Source: Octopus sinensis
Lineage: Eukaryota
Assembly: GCF_006345805.1 (NCBI RefSeq)
Contig: NC_043001.1
Coordinates: 30,752,001-30,816,000, forward strand
DNA: 64,000 nt
Reading direction: 5' to 3'
Position numbers and translations under genes: made by a program. Positions 54,395-64,000 of the stretch are shown here, one piece after another (position 1 is the first letter of the stretch; every line of letters starts with the position of its first letter). A model generated the notes under the pieces. That model made no database searches and was not told the DNA's origin. It worked only from the letters and a program-made list of their open reading frames with translations.

Positions 54395-54499
54395 GAAGCA
54401 TTGAAGTATTTCACACGTAGAAAACAGATAAAAAACATACTGCAATATGTGACGGAGAAATATGTTGTTGCTATTGATGACGAAGGTGAAATAGATGAT
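54395..54499 (+). CDS. CRTAP: CRTAP-like coding exon E (ends at a GTAAGT donor at 54500, or reads through to TAG at 54584-54586)
   Basis: ttgcag|GAA acceptor. Translates EALKYFTRRKQIKNILQYVTEKYVVAIDDEGEIDD, resembling CRTAP EAVQFF...DDDEGE. The 3' end is ambiguous. Confidence 0.8.
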
Positions 54500-54872
54500 G
54501 TAAGTGATGCAGGTCACTTATCTAGTCCCGAAGAAAATCTTGTTGAGTCGAAACCTCCAGCACCTGTTTTAATGTCACCTCCATAGATTTTGCTTTTAAC
54601 AGTTACTATGTTTACCATTGTCCAGACCAATCTTTCTTTTAACCCTTTTCATCAATTTTCTAAAGTATTTGAAAAGAACCATGCATGTTTATTTAACATT
54701 AATCTATTAATATGATTATCTCCTAATATATTTTTCTAACGATATATTTCTTTATCTTTATCAATGACTTTTCTTTGTCGCATCTATGCATTTTCCTATA
54801 TAACTGTTTATCAGTGGCCAAATTAAGTATCTGTAAGTAATAATAATTTCATAATAATGAAATTATTGTATA

Positions 54873-55275
54873 CAGTGCTCAGGTGCACCACAACTTGTCA
54901 AAAGTGTGTATAAAGCATATGCAGTAATGTACAAATGTCTGGAAAGTGAACAATGTACGAGTCAGATACATGCTTGCGTGTGTATGGAGGGGAGAAAATC
55001 AGGTGTAATGTTGGCGAATCTCAGGAAGCATGGAAGTTTTGAAGGATGCAGTGCTCTGACAACTAACAACTGATGCCAGCAGTTTGTTCCATGCTTCAGC
55101 AACTCTTAGCGTGAAAAAATGTTTCTGAAAGTCATGGGAGCTGTGCTGTCTTCTGACTTTGTAAACATGTCCACAGGTGTTAGACAGATGGAGTTTGAAA
55201 AGGTGCTCAGAGTAATGAATAAACAGTTGTATACAATCGTTAAGTCTGTTAAATCATTGAGTGACCTCATCAGTC
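54873..55275 (-). mobile_element. CR1 LINE 3' end, same family, inverted relative to 25231
   Basis: Highly similar to the reverse complement of 25231-25617. Confidence 0.8.
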
Positions 55276-55655
55276 CTGTGTTGAGAGGGCCCTCTAAATG
55301 ATTGCTTGATTTACAAGAAGTAGTAACCAAATCTCACTCAAATCACACCCTACCATCTTAAAGAAATGACCATATGGGATGTTGGAGTACATTGTGATGG
55401 TTATTGCAGGAATGCTTTGGTTATAATTGTTCTGCGTAATCAGAGCCAACTTTGGGCTAAACAACAGCAGTAACTTGTACTTGTACCCACTACAAGTGTT
55501 TTGTTGCATTTCTAAGTTTGACACTTCTATGTCCCTCAGTATATCTATCTGTTTGGTACAGCCACCAGATCTTTTGGTGTTGTATGAAGGAGAAAATGTC
55601 CCTCCCATCTCCTTTATGTTATGAGACAAAAACCAAGTCCTAACAGTCTTATGTA

Positions 55656-56139
55656 CCGTAAATCCTCGAGTATAATCCGCATTTTTTTCCCAAAATTTAA
55701 AGGTCAAAATCCCTAGTGCGTACTATATATGAGGTGAGAAATGAAAATTATTTTCTAAGCAATGTCCGAGTCTCTATTTGCTGTCTGACGCATTTTGTGA
55801 TGTCGGGTGCGAAAATACCTTAAGCTAAGCCTGAAAGCAATGAAGTCATAAAAGAATCATCCATAACTTGCAGTAAGCAACATTTATTAAATGTTATTAC
55901 TGTTATTTCTTTATTTTCTGCAAACAAAATGCACAAAAAAAGCTACACGTTTGCATTATGTTATATGTACAATAATAATAAAGGACGTTACCATATACAT
56001 TTTTACAAACCAGGGACGTTATATAGACCTCCTTGACTCAAGTTAGAGAAGGGGTGTGTATAGGTTTTTCAGAGGTACAGCCCCCTAAAAATCCCCTGTG
56101 TATTATATTCAAGAGCGGACTATACTCGAGGATTTACGG
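55656..56139. mobile_element. Tc1/pogo (Tc2-like) MITE, 484 bp
   Basis: 25-bp TIRs ccgtaaatcctcgagtataatccgc and gcggactatactcgaggatttacgg with one mismatch; TA on both flanks. Confidence 0.85.
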
Positions 56140-57116
56140 TACTCCTGAAAACAAAGAAAATAGGTTATCTTACTACTAACTGGCATATGCTTTAGAATCG
56201 TATATATTTGTATCTTCCCATTGCTCTACTGAGAGTATAAATGACCTTGTATTTTAAATTTGACTTGCCCATTTAAATATTTTTTTACATTATAACTTAC
56301 AATAACCTATTTTTGCCACTGCAATCACTTCTATATTCAAATCTAGTGTTATATGTTCTGTCTTCTTACATATATATATATCTCAACCTTTCAGTTCTAC
56401 TTCTGTATTTCTTAATCTTTCTGTTGTCTCAGTTTGAAATTTATTTAGAAAAAATTTCTTAAAAATTTCTTTGTACTTATTTCCGTTTGTGAGATTTTGA
56501 GTCCAGAAATAGAAATTTGCAAATATTGTGCCAAACGCTAGCTACTTTAAACTTTTTGATATTTCCTTGGACCATTAGACAATATGCTTTGCAGTATTTT
56601 TTCCTGGTTCTTTACTCTCTAAGTTCAGATCTTGCTGGTATCCATTTCACTTTTCATCTTTTCAGTGTTGATAAAATAAATACCAGTCAAAAATTAGGGT
56701 CAATACAATCAGCTGTTCTTGTTCCAACCACAACCCCTCCCCTCAAAGTTACTGGTTTTGTGCTTAAATCACTATCCATTATCATTATCATCATCATAAT
56801 TATTTTACTATTATTATTGTTATTATCATTATTATTATTGTTGTTGTTGTTGTTGTTGTTATTATTATCATTATTATTATTATTATTATTATGAAAGCGT
56901 CAAGCTGCCAGAATTGCTAGCACGCCGGGTGAAATGCTTAGCAGCATTTTGTCTGTCTGCATGTTCTGAGTTCAAATTCCGCTGAGGTCGACTTTGCCTT
57001 TCATCCTTTCGCGGTTGATAAAACAAGTACCAGTTGAACACTGGGGGGGGGGGTCGTTGTAATCAACTCATAACCTACCCCCACCAAATTGCTGCCCTTG
57101 TGGCAAAATTTGAAAC

Positions 57117-57155
<39 letters not shown>

Positions 57156-57301
57156 ATGAGATTAATATTTGAATTATTTTAATTCAAGTCAATTTAACAT
57201 CACTAATCAGTTAAACTCAGTATCTATTAATTAACTCTTTATTTTAGATCTTTTATTGGTTTCAACAATGAAAGTATTTAAGACATATATTTGAATTCTG
57301 T

Positions 57302-57350
<49 letters not shown>

Positions 57351-59050
57351 TATACACACACACACACATACACACCACACTCACATACATGTGCATGTGC
57401 ACATGCATACACACACTTATAGTTATCACTTATGAGCTTTCCCCATCCGGTGTAATGTCATAAAATCAAAGAGAGAAAATACGGTGTTAGAATGTTTCAT
57501 CATTTTATCACATACTGTTTGATCAATTACAATGGAAGTTGTCTCACAAATGTAGTTAGGGCGTCACAAATATCTAAATGGATTATAACTACAAAGTCGT
57601 TGTTTCAAATCATACCGTTTCCTATTCAATGGATTTACCTTGTACCTACACTGTTGGAAGGGTTTCAGGACAAGGCTTTTTGGGTAAAGTTTACATTTGG
57701 GGGATGAACTCCATCGAAGGTAGGTCCAAACTATTCTGTTTAATATATAACTACTATTTCCATGATAATGAAAATAACATGCATATAAGATGTAGGTTGA
57801 AATTCAGTGAGAAGGCATGTATTTTATATTAATCTCTACTGAGCATTGTTATAAGTGAAGTGTGTGTAGTAGTGTGTTTTAAAACAATGTGTAAACTTTT
57901 TCTGGGTTACAAAAAAAAAATGAAATTTAGATTGTAAAATTTTTGTCAAGTATTTATTCTGTAACATTTATGTATGGATTGTATTTCTTAGTTTGTGGAG
58001 TCTTTGTCCAATGCTATACCATGATTATTCTAGTTGTGACTGTATTTCATAACTAAAACCATATATGGTCTGTGGATAGGATTTTGTTGAAAATATTCAG
58101 TTGAAATTATATTGGAATACCATGTTGCTGGTGTGATGTTGTCAGTCAATTTGAAAATATGCATTTTGTTAGAAATACTGCTGTGAAAGCAAAACAGAAG
58201 TGACATGATCTGGCTGTCATACTGCACTCAACAAAATCAGTCACTCAGCTATTGGATGATGGAGTGTGGCAGAAAAGTGGCATGACCAGAGTACTGGAAA
58301 TGTGGCTTCATGAGCCAAGCTCACTGGGATTTTTGGGCAACAAAAGTAACAAAATCATTGGTCTGAATTGACATCATCACATCCTCAAAAATGCCTTTCT
58401 TATAATGAGGGACAATTTATTTAATTCATGAGACCACAAGTAATGTTCATGATATACAGAATACATGAATTGGATATTAAAATTCTACCAAGAATCTGAC
58501 TGCCATCAATGCATGTTAATAATTGACTGTTGACCAAAACATCATCTCTGCTTAATAAGGCAAGTCTATTCTGCTAACTTTCTCACTCACCGTAGGTACT
58601 GTTATATGCTAATATGTGTGTGCATTTATATGTATGCTGTATGCATGAATGTATATTTGTGTATATGTATCTCTCTCTCTCTGTAAAAGAGTCATTGCTT
58701 ATGTACATGTTTGGTTGACTATAAATGTTTTGTATATGGTTTTCATTCTTGTTTAATATCTGTTTTTCCATGACAGCATGGCTTGAGTAATTCTTCAAAA
58801 ATTTAAAATGTCTATCCTTTTAGTTGGAACAAGTGCCCACTTTTAATGATTGGATACTTTTCCAATTGCTAACCACTTAACAACAATGTGATAATGGAAC
58901 CTGGTATCAGTTAGATAGACTGAGCCAAAAAAAAAAAATTATATACAATTCTCAGGAACACAGTACAAAGGCTGTAATAAGATTTTAAAAAATATTGACC
59001 AAATAATAAACAGGCCATTGTGTCTCACACACACACACACACACACACAC

Positions 59051-59217
59051 ACTTTTTATTAAAGCTGCAAAATTATCACAGAACTGTTATTCAGAGTTTC
59101 ATGTTCCTGTTTGTCAGACAGTTGTGAAACTCTGAGTAACAGTTCTGTGATAATTTTGCAGCTTTAATAAAAAGTATATTACTCTACTTTTGGTATTCGA
59201 GTACTATTTTTGCCATG
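59051..59217. mobile_element. Palindromic PLE-like terminal repeat fragment with a decayed hammerhead
   Basis: About 51-bp inverted arms (59051-59101 and 59125-59175) with one mismatch. Minus strand 59123-59082 reads aactgt-CTGACAA-acaggaacat-GAAACTCTGAATA-acagtt. Confidence 0.6.
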
Positions 59218-59263
59218 TATGTATGTATATATATATGTATGTATATATGTATGTATATATATA

Positions 59264-59328
<65 letters not shown>

Positions 59329-59830
59329 ATATATGTACATATGTATATATATATATATATGTATATATATATGTACATATGTATATATATATATATATGT
59401 ATATATATATGTATATATATATATATGTATATACGTATGTATATATATATATGTATATACGTATGTATATATATGTATATAAGTATGTATATATATATAT
59501 ATATGTATATAAGTGTGTATATATATATATATATGTATATAAGTATGTATATATTTACGTATGTATATGTATATGTATATATATATGTATGTATATATAT
59601 ATATATATATATGTATGTATATATATATGTATGTTTATATATATATATGTATATATGTATGTATATATATATATATATGTATATATATATGTATGTTTAT
59701 ATATATATATGTATATATGTATGTATATATATATATGTATGTATATATATATGTGTATATATGCATATATATGTATGTATGTACATATGTATATATATGT
59801 ATGTATGCACGTATGTATATGTAAGTATCT
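59215..59830. repeat. Long interrupted (TA/TG)n microsatellite
   Basis: About 615 bp of alternating purine-pyrimidine sequence. Confidence 0.95.
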
Positions 59831-61055
59831 ATAAATATAATATGTGACAATTATTTGGTAGCCATGATAAAAGTCTGAATTTCGGATGTTGGGGCATTTT
59901 TTCGATGGTCGGATCACTGAAGAGATTGTGCTGTGGGTTTTTGCCCCGACATCTGAAACTTGGAGTTTAATCTTGGCTACTGAATAATTGTCACATATTA
60001 TATTTACAGGCAAATTCCTCTATTTACATAATATCGAGGTCTCTTTCATTCTTTTGTTGTCTTACCATTTCTATCAATATATATGTATGTATGTATATAT
60101 ATATATGTGTGTGTGTATATGCATGTGTATATATATATATGTATGTATGTGTATATATATATATATATATGTATGTATATATATATATATATACACACAA
60201 TGTTTTTACTCTTTGTGGTCTTTGAAAGTAGTCCCATTGACCAGAACATGTGGATATCATCTTATTAACTGCATGAATCTTTACCCTGTGTTCACTATCT
60301 TGACAAATATTCAGTGACCCTTACTCCCAATGCATCAACATAGACACATTTGATTGCCACTGAAGGCTTTTATTCATTTATCTATTTCTTGACTTGGAAT
60401 ATTTGACATTTCCTTAACCAATGATCATGCCATTAACCCAATTTGCATAATGCTCTATTATATCTCAAAAGATTGCTTTCTCCATAACCTTATCATTAAA
60501 TTTAGCAACTCCCTTGTGTTTATATTTAACAGTTTACACAAATTAAATCTTTTTCTTTATCATCAAAAATGGTTGAAGAAATGAAGCTTTGCAAAATTAA
60601 AATGTCATAGAAACAATATTTAATTATAATTATTTCTGCTCTAGGCACAAGGCCTTGAAAATTTTGGGGGAATGGGCCTAGTTGATTAAATTGACTCCAG
60701 TGTGTAACTGGTACTTATTTCATTAACCCTGAATGGATGAAAGGCAAAGTCGACCTCGTCAGAAATTGAACTCCAAACATAGCGACAGATGAAATGCCTT
60801 TAGTATTTCGCCCAGTGTGCTAGCAATTCTGCCAGCTCGCCACCTTATAATATTTAATAATAATAATGGTATAATAATATTTAATGAATTTATAATAATG
60901 GTAGTTGTAATAGTTATGAAATAAAATCCAAAACAAAAATTTACATAAATAGCTTGAGGATCCGGATTACAAGTTGTAATTATGCTCTTGAATGAACAGT
61001 CTCCCGTATAAAATCTTCTAACTCGTAGAGTAATGAAATAAATTCTTACATAATT

Positions 61056-61086
<31 letters not shown>

Positions 61087-61284
61087 TAACAACAATAATA
61101 ATAATAATGATAATAATGATAATAATAATAATAATAATAATAATAATTCTTTCTACTACAGACACAAGGGTCTGAAATATTTGGGGTGGGGAGGCTGGCT
61201 AGTTGAATACATCAACCCTACTATTAAACTAATACTTATTTTATCAACTCCAAAAGGATGAAAGGCAAAGTCAACTTCATCAGA

Positions 61285-61319
<35 letters not shown>

Positions 61320-61792
61320 CCATCAAGGTGAGCAAAATCACAGTCATGGCAGATACTGGTGTCACGCAAATGGCACCCATACTGGTGGCAGGTAAAAGCA
61401 CCCATTACACTCTTGGAGTGGTTGGCATTAGGAAGGGCATCTAGTCATAGAAAACCATGTGAAATCAAACTGAAGTCTGGTGCAACCTTCCAGCCTTATC
61501 AGCCCTGGTCAAACCGTCCAACCCATGCCAGCATGGACAGTGGATGTTAAATGATGATGATGATAATGATGATGATGAATCCTTTCTACTAAAGGTACAA
61601 GGCCTGAAATTTGTTGGGATGCGACTAGTCATTTACATCGACACCAGTGTTTCACTGGTACTTAATTTATCGACCCCAAAAGGATGAAAGGCAAAGTTGA
61701 TCTCAACGGAATTTGAACTCAGAATTTAGTGACAGGTAAAATACCGCTAAGCATTTTGCCTGGCATGCTAATGATTCTGGCAGCTCTCCACT

Positions 61793-62205
61793 TTAATAAT
61801 AATAATAATAATAATAGTAATAATAATGATAATAATAATAATAGTAATAATAATAATAGTAATAGTAATAATAGCAATAATAATAATAGTAATAATAACA
61901 ATAATAATAATAACAGTAATAATAATAATAATAGTAATAATAATAATAATAATAGTAATAATAACAATAATAATAATAATAATTATAATAGTAATAATAA
62001 TAATAGTAATAATAATAATAGTAATAATAATAATAGTAGTAACAATAATAATATTAATAGTAATAATAATAATAATAATAACAGTAATAATAATAATAAT
62101 AACAGTATTAATAATAGTAATAATAATAATAGTAATAATAATAATAGTAATAATAGTAATAATGATAATAATAGTAATAATAATAATAATAACAACAACA
62201 ATAAT
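61793..62205. repeat. Long interrupted (AAT)n microsatellite
   Basis: About 410 bp of AAT with AGT/AAC variants. Confidence 0.95.
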
Positions 62206-62635
62206 TTCTGTACTGGGCACAAATGCCCAAGACATTGGGGGGACAGCCACAAAACAGTAGGTATTTCCATGAAGTAAGAAAGGAAAATAATGAGAACAAC
62301 AGAATTGTAAGAAAAAAAAGGTCCCAAATGAGGAGATGGGCAGCTGTCTAAAGACAGTCAAGGAACACCATATTTGGGATTACTCAAACTACCCAGCTGT
62401 CATTCTCGGGTGTACACACAGGTCCATTCACATTGGTCGTGATCACAACTCTCTACTCTCATCATCCATTCAAAGTGGAACAACTTGATTATTACTATCA
62501 TTTTTTACTTCTCAGAGCTCTTGATCCTACTTGCTTTGGTTGATTCTGTGAGAGCAGACAGCAACCTGTTGTGAAAGGTCTTACAGGGTTTCTTTCCAAA
62601 AATGATAAGACTTGGTACTTTGGGTATTAAATATT

Positions 62636-62673
<38 letters not shown>

Positions 62674-63081
62674 TGTGAAGGCGCATGGCTCAGTGGTTAG
62701 AGCGTCGAGCTTACAATCGTGAGGTTGTGAGTTCGCTTCCCGGACTGAGCTGCGTGTTGTGTTCTTGAGCAAGACACTTTGTTTCACGTTGCTCCAGTTA
62801 ACTCAGCTGTAGAAATGAGTTGCGACATCACTGGTGCCAAGCCATATTGGACTTTGCTTTTCCCTAGGATATAAGTCCAACCCATGCTAGCATGGAAAGC
62901 GGACGCTAAATGATGATGATGATGATGAACATCAGTGGTGTGGAGAGAGGAGGCTGGCATGCCTGGGTGACTCCTGGCCTTCCATAAATAGCCTTGCCCG
63001 GATTTGTACCTTGGAGGGTAACTTTCTAGGTGCAATCCCATGGTCATTCATGACCGAAGGGGGTCTCCTCCTCCTCCTCAA

Positions 63082-63114
<33 letters not shown>

Positions 63115-63319
63115 GGCAGTGAGTTGGCAAAACTGTTAGCATGCTGGGCAAAATATTTAGTGGTATGTCATTACGTTCTGAGTTCAAATTCTGCTGAGGT
63201 CGACTTTGACTTTCATCCTTTTGGAGTCAATAAACTAAGTACCAGTTGAACACTGAGGTCGATGTAATAAACTATTCCCCTCCCACCAAATTTCAGGCCT
63301 TGTGCCTATTGTAGAAAGG

Positions 63320-63373
<54 letters not shown>

Positions 63374-64000
63374 AAGACAGCAAGCTGGCAAAATCGTTAG
63401 CACACCAGGCAAAATGCTCAGCAGCATCTTATCTGTCTTTACGTTCTGAGTTCAAATTCCACTGAGATGGACTTTGCCTTTCATCCTTTCAGGGTCGATA
63501 AAATAAGTACCAGTTGATCAGTGGGGGTGGATGTAATCAGTTATCCTGCTCCCTCAAAATCTGAGGCCTTGTGCCTTTATTAGAAAGGGTTATTATTATT
63601 ATTATTATTGTCTCCTTTCATCTGATGCCTTTGTGGCAATAAAAGACATTTTTTAGGTTATTTTTGACCTTAGCACAATTTGAGCTTGGAACACTGAGAA
63701 AATATTGTAAAGAATCATATCCTTTTACTACTTTGACCATACTGAAAAAGTATATTATTCACATGGGTAAGATGATCTAAGTTTTTACTCTGGAGTCAGT
63801 AGAACTTATCATTTGGTAATGGATTTGAACAATCAGTCAATCAACATTATATATACACACACACAAAAATTTAGATTCAGATGAATTAGGTACTTAGGTT
63901 GAGATAACAGAATTTAGTACGGTATTATCCATACAGTTTCTAAATACTGTGATTAAAATCAAAATAAGCAACAGGATATCCAGAGGTAGTGCAGTACGAT

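Larger units (their letters stand above)
1..62930. repeat. Dispersed 5'-truncated copies of the same RTE 3' UTR
   Basis: Share aggaagggcatcc...ccaacccatgctagcatgg...(gat)n. Approximate copies: 1-162(+), 6161-6201(+), 22999-23208(+), 24085-24330(-), 27641-27882(-), 33058-33415(-), 40355-40790(-), 42800-42890(-), 45400-46030(-), 51860-52055(+), 61340-61578(+), 62875-62930(+). Confidence 0.85.

Noticed and set aside
57470-58560. Terminal CRTAP exon in unique-looking sequence
   Set aside because: No acceptor followed by a plausible phase-0 frame or ER-retention motif was found by eye.

Overview
AT-rich, microsatellite- and retroposon-dense eukaryotic DNA. The repeat landscape looks like an Octopus (coleoid cephalopod) genome; this is inference from repeat style. 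The only host gene I can support is a + strand CRTAP/leprecan-family gene. It has five internal coding exons (7009-7161, 46242-46413, 49139-49264, 52838-52971, 54395-54499 or to a stop at 54586) with canonical GT-AG sites, compatible phases and a 39-kb intron; its 5' exon(s) were not found in the window. The rest is a transposon mosaic: several tRNA-headed SINE families, 5'-truncated RTE and CR1 LINE ends, a decayed Hsmar1-like mariner, Tc1/pogo, piggyBac and hAT MITEs, and Penelope-like element (PLE) remnants. The best finding is a minus-strand PLE fragment whose GIY-YIG-type C-terminal frame (missed by the ORF track) is followed by an intact type I hammerhead ribozyme fold (6263-6351). Two decayed hammerhead-like motifs occur elsewhere, each beside an inverted-repeat structure, one inside a tRNA-headed SINE. 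There are also local inverted duplications, nested insertions into microsatellites and inverted SINE pairs around exons. No CRISPR array, rRNA or genuine tRNA gene was found. All identities are estimates by eye.
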